A stretch of 48,088 bases of DNA. It comes from Hydrurus foetidus (taxonomy: Eukaryota). Made by a program: the position numbers and the translations under genes. Below are positions 1-11,700 of this stretch, one piece after another; position 1 is the first letter of the stretch, and each line of letters begins with the position of its first letter. The DNA lies in the NCBI GenBank assembly GCA_900617105.1, contig UYFQ01000034.1, forward strand, positions 1 through 48,088, given 5' to 3'. The notes under the pieces are model-generated. The model was given only the letters and a program-made list of their open reading frames with translations. It had not been told where the DNA came from and ran no database searches.

Positions 1-92
1 TCTCGCCACATGATAATGTTGTTAAACTTGCCAATTTGAAGAATGCACTCTTCAGTGCTTTTCACCGCTTCAACTGCGCGTTTGGGTGGCAT
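1..92 (-). CDS. 5' part of an ORF running off the window (MPPKRAVEAVKSTEECILQIGKFNNIIMWR...), possibly a Copia gag
   Basis: ATG at 92-90, open to the window edge; upstream on the minus strand CTTCA-A-TGGTATGTGTAGAG (318-299) resembles an LTR end followed by a degenerate tRNA-iMet PBS. Confidence 0.3.
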   Translation of the reverse strand, partial: MPPKRAVEAVKSTEECILQIGKFNNIIMWR

Positions 93-616
93 GTCAATGC
101 CTCGACAGTCGAATTATGTTGGAGAACCTTTTGATTCCGGACTCTGTGCGAACGGAACGTGGACCTTCGGGACACTGGTTCAGTTGCCAAGACTCGTGAA
201 ATGGGATTGATGTTATCGATGATCACTTGTTAATTCGACTGTGCTTCATCCCCATAGAAAGCTGACGAGTCAATCTCAACGCAGAAAGCAATTTCGAACT
301 CTACACATACCATTGAAGTACGGTCATAGTTCAGGTCCATACATCTTCGTAACGCAGGCACGTACATACAGTGCACACACAAACTAATCCGTACGCCGTA
401 CGGATGCGATAAGTACACATAATGTGTTCGTGTCATGAACTCAGATACCGTCGAGAGTGCCCTTTGTTTTTGTATTACGGAACGGTAGTCTGTGCAATCA
501 GACCTGTCTTATCCACCACTATCTGAAATATCGATACTTCGCATTACAATCTCATTATCTCAGCTCAGTACAGCAAACCTCACCCTCCCAAGTTCACTGT
601 CGTCTGCTGGTGTTCT

Positions 617-878
617 TGTAGCCTTATTGCATTCCTAAGGGGATACAATGTGTCTAGGTTAACTAGGTACAATAGGTATACTACGCCCAGATTCCACTTT
701 TAGGTCTTAGTTCTATGTATGATGTGAGTGCACTAGCGTACACATCACTTGTATATATTCAACTGTAAGATATTAACATAAGTCTTCTCTACCGACTTCC
801 GCTTCCTCTTGCTCCACCGCTTGCCCACCGTACCAGCCACCAACAGCTCCGACGTCCTAGGCCCCACCGTCGACCACA
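617..878 (+). repeat. 5' LTR (262 bp)
   Basis: TGTAGCC...CGACCACA; identical by eye to 6073-6334. Confidence 0.97.
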
Positions 879-972
879 ATATCGATATTTGGTCTCCTAC
901 CAAAGTTTTTTCTTGAGAATTTTCTTCTCAAACTTATTTTATTCGTCTTCATTCTCCGACATCCGACATATT

Positions 973-3900
973 ATGGCGCTCCGACGTCAGGGAAACAAGA
1001 CCACCTCCATCAACACTTTGCGACGACAACAGCAGCCACCTCGAGCTGTTGCCGTCGCGTTCCGACAACGCTACGACGAGCATCATAATCGTGGGGAGAT
1101 ATTTTCGAGTCTCCTGGGCCACCTGCGGCTCAGGACCCCGCCGGCGACCTGTCTGCACCGATTCCTCAGCGGAATTCGGAGCCTGCGGTCATGTCTGCCA
1201 TTGATGTCCCTGTCATTTCTGCGTTGAATGCTTTATCATTGCAACCAGCTTCGGCTGAGACACCAGCTTCGGCTGAGATACCAGCTTCGGCTGAGATACC
1301 AGATTCGTCTGCGACACCAGCCTCGGCTGAGATTCCACGTTCGATGGCACCACCTCAGCACTATGTGCAGACGGGTGAGAGAGCTCCTAAGTTGAGCGCC
1401 ATGCCCTCTCGACAGGAAGTCTTACGAGTTACGGAGGTTCTACTTTCAAATGGAACTCCGTTTCGACCAATTGATGTCGTTCATGCTTCAAACCATCAAT
1501 CGTTCACAACGCTTCTCAAGCGTAAATTCGCGACGAATCCAACTCGTCGTGATGCGTGTAACGGTTGGAAGCATTGGACGAATCAAATGTTTTGTAGAGA
1601 ATTAAATATCACAATTCCTACATCAGCTGTCAATCGTACTGACAAGCTGAGTTTCATTGAAACAGTTTCTCAGGTCCCACTTCAATTCGACCTGAAGAAC
1701 AAATCAGTTGAAGATAAGACAGATCAACTTTTAGCTGATATTGTTGATGCCTTCCCTGATGTGACACCTGCTCTCCAACTTCAGGCAACAAAAATTCTCA
1801 TTGAGAAGTTGCCAGTCGAACCTGTCAATTGGAGAGCAGTGTTACAACGTTGTCTTGACGACACTACGCCTAGACTCATCACGATCGAAGATTTTCGATT
1901 CGTATGGCTGGCGCAGTTAGCAAAACTTCGTGAATCAATTGATGCTTTGCGTTTCATTGATGTCACACCTTTGTATGGCAGTAACTCTCGCCAGATCAAA
2001 GCCCAACCTCGTTCTTCACTTGATTCGCAAATCAAAAAGCGTCAACGTGAAGACGAGCAATCTGTGCAGGCTGAAAAGTCTGATAGGCCTCCACGACCTA
2101 TGTGCACAGGTTGTGGGAGACTCGGCCATGTAGTCGCCACGTGTTTCTACACTTCGTCTCCGTACTATAACAGTACAGACGCTCCCTATCTCAACTCTGA
2201 GGGTCATAAGCAGTTGTTGAAAGTTGATCCGAAGGCTCAGTTCATTCCGACTTTGCCTAAGACAACCTCTTCTTCGTCTTCTTCCTCCTCCTCTTCTTCG
2301 TCAAGGTCTGCTACTTCAACAGCAGATTCGACACATCCTTCGAAGAAACACAAAGGTGAGCAACTATGCAATCTCAACTCATCATCTACTCTCTCCGATG
2401 ATCCAGAGCTGATCCCTTTCTACATCTCTCCTCTTTCACAGGAGCCGTTGTTGGGAAAAAGTGATAGAGTATTTACTCTTCTGGACACCGGCTCTTTTGC
2501 TGGCAATTTTGTCAATCGCCGCATTATAATTTCTCATAAACTAACACAATTTATAACTAAAACTAATAATAAATTGTGTAGAGTTTGTAGTGGATTAGAT
2601 AATCATTGTTATGATATCTCTGATACTATAGACTTAACTTTATCTTCTTTTGCCATGATTTAAATAATTACTATACTTTTCCAATCACGGCTTATATTTT
2701 AGAAGATTCTAAATTTGATCTAGTAGTGGGACGTAAAACAATTCGTCAATTGAATTTGTTTTCACGATTCCCGGATCAAATATCCGCCAATGCTTCATCA
2801 GGCACTGTTCCGTTGGAAGAAGTTTTAACTTCTGAAGATGTGGACGTAACGTGTGGCTGCTTGCCTAAGGAGAATTTGCAACCCTCCGAAGGCTCCCCAA
2901 AAGTGGATCCTTTAACCCAAAAGGTGAAACCGGCAGTCACCCAAACACACGTTATTCTAGCCTCGCTGATTCAAGAGTCAGAAAGACTCTTTGGAGCAGT
3001 ACCACCTGATGAAGACGAAATCGACGACTCGATCAAGGACTCGTTTTCACCTTGGATGGATGAATTTCCTGCTTCAGATCCACTCTCGCTAATACACATA
3101 GCAGGTGATGAAGAGCAGAAAAACAAATTACGTATACTAGTACACGAATTTGAGGATATATTTAGCAGTGAACTATCACAAACTCCTGCTGATATTCCAC
3201 CTTTTGACTTTAATGTCAATGATACTAAATGGAAAGTACCTAAGAATAGGCAACCTCCATGGACAAAATCAAATGTTGATCAAGCTGACATCTTAAGTCA
3301 AATAACAAAGCTTGAAAAACATAAAATTGTCGAAAAATCAAACGCGGCATATTATAGCCAAGTTTTGTTAGTTCCTAAATCAGATGGAACTAAGCGTATG
3401 TGTATAGATTTTCGGAACTTAAATAACTGTACCGAAGATACATCACATCCTATTCCACACATCGGTGAGATGTTGCGTCGAATAGGTGCACATGGAGCAA
3501 AAGTATTTGCTGTACTTGACCTTACTCAAGGATATCATCAAGCACCACTTACGCTCGCTGCACGCGCTTATACTGCATTCATACTATTCTGCGGTGTATA
3601 TCAATTTACTCGTTTACCTTTTGGGCCTAAACAAGCTCCCTCCTACTTCCAACAGATCATGACGACTGTTGTGTTAGCAGGGTTGATATACTCCATATGC
3701 GAAATGTATATTGATGATTGCAATGTATTCGGTAAAGACATTGATGAACTCATTGCGAGACTTCGTCTTGTTTTTGAACGCTTTAGAAAACACAAAATAT
3801 TCCTTAAACCGAATAAGTGTTATCTTGGCTACGCCGAAATAGACTATGTTGGCAAAGTTCTTTCTGCTGAAGGACTAAGAATGTCACAAGAAAAAATACG

Positions 3901-5877
3901 GAATGTCTTAGATTTTCCTAAACCAGTACTATCTAAACAACTTAAAAGTTTTTTAGGATTGGTTAATTATTTTCACGATTTTGTTAGAAACGCTTCAACT
4001 GTTGTATATCCAATGAACCAGTTGTTGCTTAACTACAATAAATATAAGAAAATAACATGGACAATAGAAGCTCTTCGAGCATTCAATTTGATCAAATCTG
4101 AGATTTCTAAATGCACGACTATGCACTTTCTAAGTGACACCGATCCGATTTACTTGCACACTGATGCATCGGACTATGGTGTAGGTGCCTATCTTTTCCA
4201 GTTAGTTGACGGAAAGGAGACGCCCATAGCATTTGTTAGTAAGTCACTCAACAAAGCTCAGCTTCGTTGGGCAGTCATACAGAAAGAAGCATATGCTATC
4301 TTTTATGCGTGCACGTATTTAAAATCGCTATTACGTGATCGTACGTTTACATTACGTACAGACCATCGTAACTTGTTATACATAAAGGAAAATTCAAATC
4401 CAATGATAGTCAGATGGTTTATGGCCTTATCTGAATATTCATTTAACATTGAATATATTCCTGGACCTAACAATAACATAGCTGATTCGATGTCTCGACT
4501 CTGTCGCAATAACATGGTTGATTTTCCTCAGGAATATACTCCTGATGCAATCATGTCTGCTAATACTATTGAAAAATTTAAACTAACACGTGAGCAGTAT
4601 GACAAAATCAGTGAACTGCATAATTCACAAGTTGGTCATTTCGGCCTCGAGCGTACTATAAAACGTCTCAGAGATAGAAATGAAAATTGGCAATATATGC
4701 GACAGCATGTCAGGTACTTCATAGATCACTGTTCGTGTTGTCAGAAGATGAGTATGTTAAAGATACCAATACATGCTCATGGCTTCTCGACTTCTACTTA
4801 CACACCTATGGAATGCCTAAACATAGACTTCATAGGACCGTTTCCAGACGGCGGGTACGTACTCGTAATTATCGATACGTTCACAAGATGGGTTGAACTG
4901 TTTCACACAGAAGATGCTACTGCACTTTCAACAGCTAAATGCCTCTTGCAACATTTCGGTCGTTTCGGCGCACCTCTTCAACTCCGTTCTGATAATGGGC
5001 CACACTTCATTTCCGAAGTAATCAAAGAGTTTCTAACTCTGATTGGCACTCAACATTGTCTTACTTTAGCATACTCTAAAGAAGAAAATGCTATTGTTGA
5101 GCGCATGAATAAAGAAGTTAATAGACATCTTCGTGCATTAACTTATGATAATGTCACATTAGAAGACTATAAAACATCACTTCCATTTGTGCAAAGAATT
5201 ATAAATTCTAATCACAGTGATCGTTTGAAGATATCAGCTTCACAACTTCTTTTCGGAAATGTACTTAAACTCGACAGAGGTATCTTTTACCTCCTGCTGA
5301 GCGAAACGTTACTGATGACAAACCTTTGTCAAAACGATTAAGCAATCTAATCAAAACACAAGATAGTCTTCTGAAAGCTTCTGCTAAAGAACTTCTTCGT
5401 ACAGATTTGCTGCATCAAAGTCAGTCTCAAGTTTCTCAACATGTAGAGTATCCGAAGGACTCATATGTTCTTGTGCACTATCGCGATGGCTCTCCTCCTT
5501 CACGCCTTCATACGCATTGGAGAGGTCCATTAAAAGTCGTTAGTGGCGAAAATTCGCGTTACACACTATATGATTTAGTCACTCAGAAAACTTCAGAGTT
5601 TCATGTATCTGCAATGAAACCGTTTCTATTTGACCCTTCAATCACAAATCCGTTGGATGTTGCACGACGTGATCACATGGAATACTTTGTTGAAGAGATT
5701 CTGGATCATCGTGGCAAACACCAACGTACCCACATAGAGTTTTTAGTCAAATGGTTGAACTACCCTTCTGACAAAAACACTTGGGAACCTTACTCAAGTC
5801 TTCGTGATGTTGATAAACTTCATGATTATTTACGTCATAATAACATGACTAAATTAATCAATAAACAACATCGATGA
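973..5877 (+). CDS. Gag-Pol polyprotein, broken by three apparent 1-nt deletions (~1085, ~2650, ~5290)
   Basis: Zn knuckle CTGCGRLGHVVATC; protease LLDTGS...FDLVVG; RT LPFG and YIDD; RNase H TDASDYGVG; integrase HHCC, IDFIG, SDNG, VERMN; chromodomain YFVEEILDHR...FLVKWLNY...NTWEP; 18-bp repeats encoding PASAE(T/I) at ~1245-1337. Confidence 0.92.
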
Positions 5878-6072
5878 CTTAATATATTTGAAACTTTATC
5901 CATGAGGATTCTCTCCTATTTTTTTTTACCTATGGGTCTTTTTTGGAGAGTTTAGTCAGTAAAAGTCTGACATAATCGTTTCACTTATATCTCATTTATA
6001 TATATGTTTTACATATCTTCTTTTTCTTTTTTTATATATCATCAAAGATCTTCAAAAAGGAAGAAGGGGTAG

Positions 6073-6334
6073 TGTAGCCTTATTGCATTCCTAAGGGGAT
6101 ACAATGTGTCTAGGTTAACTAGGTACAATAGGTATACTACGCCCAGATTCCACTTTTAGGTCTTAGTTCTATGTATGATGTGAGTGCACTAGCGTACACA
6201 TCACTTGTATATATTCAACTGTAAGATATTAACATAAGTCTTCTCTACCGACTTCCGCTTCCTCTTGCTCCACCGCTTGCCCACCGTACCAGCCACCAAC
6301 AGCTCCGACGTCCTAGGCCCCACCGTCGACCACA
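6073..6334 (+). repeat. 3' LTR (262 bp)
   Basis: Direct repeat of 617-878, preceded by the PPT. Confidence 0.97.
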
Positions 6335-6584
6335 TTCTGATCGAAGATTCCATTCGAAAAGTTGCGATCGTAACGTTAGAAACTTCGTTCAATTACGGAT
6401 CATAAAAGTTGGGATAACTCGAGAGTCGTTCAGGGAATTGCATTTTTTGAGCCGAGGACCAACGTGAGGTGACTTGAGGCTACTCCAGAGCATTCTTCTG
6501 ATAATGAACAAACTGAATTTGCAATAAAACACCAGTTACTGTGATTTCATTTTACGTCTGGACGTCCACAAATACACAGGTGAT

Positions 6585-7229
6585 ATGCCGCGAGAGATCA
6601 TGGAATATCTTCCAGAGATTGACTATGCATCGTGCATGCTCGCTATAGTACTTGTAAGGCATACTGTAGATAATGAAAATGTGAATCACCAATGGTCTGC
6701 CGAACAACTGAGCATAATAATGAATAAAATGCAATGGGGGAACAGTGCTAATTTTGGGGTGGATTATTTGGCGCTAAAGCATGGAATAAATCTATTCTCG
6801 TCAGAGTTGAAGAGGAGGGCAAGCAAGAGCATATTAACAAAATTTGAACCACCAAAGCCAACAATGATAGAGGGGATAAAGGATTTAATACTGCTTTTTA
6901 AAGAGCAATTCACAGAAGTTAAATTTAGAGATTGCATTAACCGTACATTCATTAAGACGGGGACATTACCTATTAACTTCGATGACAACAGAGAAGTTGA
7001 ATTTGTCGCTTATAAGAAGGAATCTTTGTGTGGGACGATGCTCATTGTACCAGAGGGTACTCTCGACTTCGACATCGATGAGGAAATCAATACTGAAAAT
7101 TCTGATGAGAAAGCACTGCCAGACGATTTAGAATCTTTAGAAAGAGCCGTTATCGACTACTACATAGATAACCATGAAACAATTTCTGAAGAAAATGACA
7201 CCGATAAAAGTGACTGTGATTCCATGTAA
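6585..7229 (+). CDS. Internally deleted pogo-like transposase: in-frame fusion of the N- and C-termini, no HTH or DDD core
   Basis: N-part AIVLVR...NHQWSAEQLS...NFGVDYLALKHGINLF matches P2 AIALVC...NHQWSIGSLS...NFRFDALALHQGLSIF; C-part FEPPKPTMIEGIKDL...LCGTMLIVPEGT matches P2 FQPPKPEMLQGIQDL...LCGTMKVIPTGT. Confidence 0.8.
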   Translation: MPREIMEYLPEIDYASCMLAIVLVRHTVDNENVNHQWSAEQLSIIMNKMQWGNSANFGVDYLALKHGINLFSSELKRRASKSILTKFEPPKPTMIEGIKDLILLFKEQFTEVKFRDCINRTFIKTGTLPINFDDNREVEFVAYKKESLCGTMLIVPEGTLDFDIDEEINTENSDEKALPDDLESLERAVIDYYIDNHETISEENDTDKSDCDSM

Positions 7230-7699
7230 GGAGGTCGACAATTTCTGTCATTGAGTTCATTAAGAACTGAATACTCAAGAGAAGACACAGATGTAAAAAC
7301 TGTATTTTACCACTGTATATAACTCTTGTCTATGTATTAAACTGCATTGTATATAAATCTTGCTCCGAGGATTACATGATCAATTTCCTATCATTTTAAT
7401 AATCATTTTCTCATAGTATACTACAGCCCACTTTCATATTATTTTATTTAATTCTGTTTAATTTTACTTAATTTCGTCTCATTTTATTTCATTTTATTTT
7501 ATTATATATTATTTCATTTCATTTCATTCCATGTCGTAATTTGGTTTAACTCATTTTTTTGCATTTGCTTTATCATATTTTATCACATTTGTTTTTTTCA
7601 TTTCTATGAAATCTTCATATGCTTGTCACCTTTTAAAAATAGAGCGAGAAACATAATTGAATTATTAGCTGTCAAAAACAATTTCAATCAAAGAGCAAA

Positions 7700-8267
7700 T
7701 TAAGTATCATTGCAGCACAGCTTAATCATCCGTAGGGGATTCAATCCTTGAGAGTTTAAAATATCAAACATCTTGACAGTAAAGATATCACTGTTGATAG
7801 AGTAGACAACAATATTCACGAAATATCCTGCAGCTTTGTGATGAGAGTCCTCATCTACTATGCATTGAAATCTGAAACCTATATCATACGCATTGCATTC
7901 TGGAAGGCTAACATTTTGATGATCCATCAAACTAGCTAGCACTAACGCTACTTCTCGGCTAACATTTCCAATCCTCTCTCCAAGCACATAAGTACTAGGA
8001 GGAGTTGGTGCACTGTCGATAGGCGCCAGAATTTGTATGCAATTCGCATCTGACACGAAAAATAAACAACTGAACGTCAGATGTCACTCAACAGATTCAG
8101 GAATCATCTGAACGAGCATTTACAAGAATGCACTTGCACAACTAACCATACGCGTTCAAAGGATCTCTTCTAACACTACAAAGAGTTCCTTTTTGGACCT
8201 TCAATCCCTTTCTGAGAGCGAATGCACCCTTGCAACGGCATCTCATCTCCAGAATAGGACGCATCAT
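7700..8267 (-). CDS. Stand-alone HIRAN-like domain protein, 156 aa, two exons (8267-8147, 8049-7700)
   Basis: Phase-1 intron G|GTTAGT...TTTTTCGTGTCAG|AT; spliced product MMRPILEMRCRCKGAFALRKGLKVQKGTLCSVRRDPLNAYDANCIQILAP...GERIGNVSREVALVLASLMD fits the HIRAN pattern LxREPxNxYDxNAIxV...IGYVPRxxAxxLAxxxD. Confidence 0.8.
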
Positions 8268-8770
8268 GTGAAGTTGTCTCAGTGAAAGAGTCCTTCAAGA
8301 AAAGAGGTGTTTTAAATCAGATTCTCGATCGAAAGCACATCGGAAAACGTTTTCCAAATTTGCTGATCATGATTCGCTTGGGAAGTTAGCTTGCAAGCTA
8401 TGAGAAATTTGAAATCTGATGGTGACACGATGCACTCACCAGTAAGTTTCACACGCAATTCCAAATTAGAAAGTCTGGAAAAAATGCCAAGCTGAATTGG
8501 CGTTGCTGTCTCGGTAACGCAAGAAACGGGACTCCAATCGGTGACTTCTAGCGTGAGTTGTGGTATGTGGAGTAGTTGTGATGGTATATGGTCGATAACA
8601 TTCACAAGATGGAGGATTACCCTTTTATTTACCCCACACCATACTAACGTAAACAAAACAAAGGGCACTCGACGGTATATCCCACAGAGTTCGAGTTGAG
8701 TTCTTGAATTACAGCTGCACTTAGCACTGTGCATAGCTCATCGCGTTGGCTAGGGTAGAGCACACCCAAC

Positions 8771-11700
8771 ATGGATTTTGAAGACCTTCTGCGGAAGCAG
8801 GAGAAGACTCGTGAATCTGCCGGCGATCAAGGTCGCGATCGAGCTCCAAAACGTCTGAGGACGGACAATGAAACGCCGTTCTATGAAACAGTCGCGACTT
8901 CACTGTTCGAGGTCTGGAAGAAAGTAAGGGCGGATGTTGCAACCTCCAAGACCATAGACATTTCTAAGGTAGAGATCGAGGTTCGTGTTGGTCACATTGT
9001 AGCAGATTTTCGCCGATGGAAATCGCAGTGCAGTCGGAAACAGATTTGTTGTTTGACAGGTACTAGTAAGAATAAGATGCTCATGTAATGACTGCATATG
9101 ATCGACTGTGAGTCCATACTGAGATTGTTGATGCCCTCTAATTGCCGCTTACCTGGCCCGTAACCTCTTTCTCGGAATCACCAGACAGTCAGAGGACAGA
9201 CCTCGGCTTAACTTTCAGATCAGGTAGCAGACTGGGTCTGATCATACATTCTAATCGCACCATCGCACCATCGCATATATCATTAAAATTTCCGTTGATG
9301 GATGCTATTTGTCTGCATCAATTTTACGAGAAAATCTTAGTTTACAAAGAAAGTTTATGGATTTACCGTGTGTCTGAAAATTCAAGTTACCATATAATTT
9401 TACCTCGAATTTAAAGAAGCTTCCTGATTCTTTTAAGTGCTTGCATCACAGGTGTTGATGAGATATTTGTGGAGCACTTGAAGAGAGTTCTGGTCAGTGA
9501 TAAATTCAGCGTTGATCAGAAACCGATGCAGAGATTGAGGTGCACTGACAACGGATCAAGATGGGAAGTTGATGCTGCAGGTATTCAAGATGTTCGCAGC
9601 ACACGATTGATTCTCTGTGTGGAAATTTGCTGGTTGCTGGTTGCCTAGTACATTGCATCGTACACAGAATGAATTTTAGCAGCGAATGCTTATCTTTCGA
9701 ATGGGAAAATAACAGAGAACAACGTTTAAGATCGTAAATGATAGAAGCCATCAGAGTCAAATAGTGCGGCTGTGTTTACCTCAATTTCTCTGCTTTTATT
9801 ACCAGAAATCGTTTCCTCCATTCTGCTTTGAATCGAAACTTTTTTTTGCATTTGTATCTATCTTTGTGTCTGTATTTATTCTTCGTATTCTATCTTCTCT
9901 TCTCTTATCTTCTATTCACCTTTCTCTCTTTATCCTCCCATCTGCTTCCTCCCCTTTCTCTCTCCCTCAAATTTTCGCCTCTTTTTCTCCTTTTCCTCTC
10001 CCTCATTTTCTCTGCCCCAGGGGTGGTGGTTATGGTGGAGTCCAAAGTAAAGATATTTCGATCCGATCTTGCGTTACTGTCGCACCAATATGACGTCAGA
10101 GTGAATGCGGCCACAGAACAGCCAGAAGCCAAACAACCAGTGCACTTCTACGAAAAATGGACCATGGGTATGATTCCAGAAATAATGTTGAGCATGTGCA
10201 TGTATATTTGTTATGTATTGTTTATGTTTGATTGTGCTGTTGCAGGCGCAAAATGGGCTTCTTTTTTGCTGCTATTTCCATTGAATTTGCTGATGGAAAC
10301 AGCCATTTGCTTATTTCTGCTCTACTGTACTGTACGTTATTGTAGTGTACAAAGGGTATTGTACTACACTACACTGTACTACTCTGTCTTGATATGTGTT
10401 TTTGTACTGCATTGTAGTGTGTTGTGCTGTGCTGTACAATACTGTACTGCACTGTGTTTTACTGTACTGTACTGTACTGTACTGTACTGTACTGTACTGT
10501 ACTGTACTTTATTCTACTCTACTCCTTCTGCAGAATTGTGCCAGATTTCTCTCTTTTCATTCCCTTTATCGCCCAAACATCCCAGTTAGTCACGCGCCCC
10601 ATCATCGTTTCTATCCTAACTATTCTCAACCGCCTCAAACCTTCCTAACAACTCTACTGAATTGTAATCCGTATTCGTAGAGCGCTCAAAAAGACGAAAA
10701 ACTTTCAAGTCTTTGGGCACGGAATTTTCTTCTTGGAAAATCGATTTAACGGAAGTGGACGTGAAGGAAAGATCGGTGAGCAAAAATCTTTTTATCAGTG
10801 CGCTGTAGTGCATGCAGTACAACTTTACTTCATTGTTTCTTATATTTTCATTATTTATTATTTTTAAATTATCATTATCATCACATTTTTTTATACTATC
10901 ATTATTTAAATATTTTTACTCTGCTGCATGATGTATAGGAATGTACTGTATTGTCCTGTCCGTATTGCATTCGTTATAACGTATTTATGGCCTGCTGTCT
11001 GGCCATTTTGAAGCAGAAGAAATACAGCGTGATATGTCATCGTGAGACACAATCCAATGAACAAGACAACACAGCGCTTGACAGCACGCGATACACGGAG
11101 GAAAATGTAGTGCAGTGCGCTTCAGTTAGGAATTGATGTGATGCCCACAGCACAATGCGCTGTAGTGTGAGGCATGGCAACACTGTGCAATATTGTATGA
11201 TACACTACACTACACTATACTACACTACGCTATACTGCACCATACCGTACTGTACAAAAGTTAAGAACAATACGTGACAGCAAAATAAAAATCCACTCCA
11301 CAGAAATCCACATCTGGTTCTGGGTCCGCACCCCAGGGTTTTGGGGGTCGAGAAATGGAGTTAGAATTTGAGATGGAAAATGCTCCTATGAGGGCTTGGT
11401 TGGAAGGAGATGTGGAGGCGAAAGCAATTCAAACCACCAATGAACTGGCAACTCAATTATTCCGTTTATTAAACTTATGTATTCCAGGTACGGAATATTC
11501 GGTGATATTTTGTATTTTTATTTTGTGATGATTGAAATATGTAATATTTACTGATAATTCTCGTTTGGGCCGACTGTGGTGTTAAATGACACACTCACCA
11601 ATATCTTATGCGAGCATGAATCATTTGACTCTTTCTTTATTGTGATGTATTACAATTTGTCACCCATTTTTTAACATTATCTTCGATTGTTACTTTCAAC

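Larger units (their letters stand above)
617..6334 (+). mobile_element. Full-length Ty3/Gypsy LTR retrotransposon, chromovirus type
   Basis: Two 262-bp TG...CA LTRs, 4-bp TSD TTCT (613-616, 6335-6338), purine tract AAAAAGGAAGAAGGGGTAG before the 3' LTR, domain order gag-PR-RT-RH-IN-chromodomain. Confidence 0.97.
448..8675 (+). mobile_element. Non-autonomous pogo/Tigger-like TIR DNA transposon (element P1) carrying a HIRAN-like gene; contains a nested LTR retrotransposon
   Basis: TIRs CCGTCGAG(AG)TGCCCTTTGTTTT at 448 and AAAACAAAGGGCACTCGACGG ending 8675; TA on both sides (446-447, 8676-8677); internal ORF homologous to the transposase of element P2. Confidence 0.85.

Noticed and set aside
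1085..5290. Programmed ribosomal frameshifts in gag-pol
   Set aside because: The three breaks fall inside domains (gag, protease, integrase tail), at short T runs, all 1-nt deletions, while the LTRs look identical; sequencing or assembly error or ordinary mutation is more likely. Read alignment would decide
8312..8734. 140-aa minus-strand ORF upstream of the HIRAN-like gene
   Set aside because: Crosses the P1 TIR boundary and has no evident homolog in P2
9764..10680. Hydrophobic and Cys/Tyr-rich ORFs
   Set aside because: CT-rich and TACTG intron sequence; only 10021-10167 is a real exon
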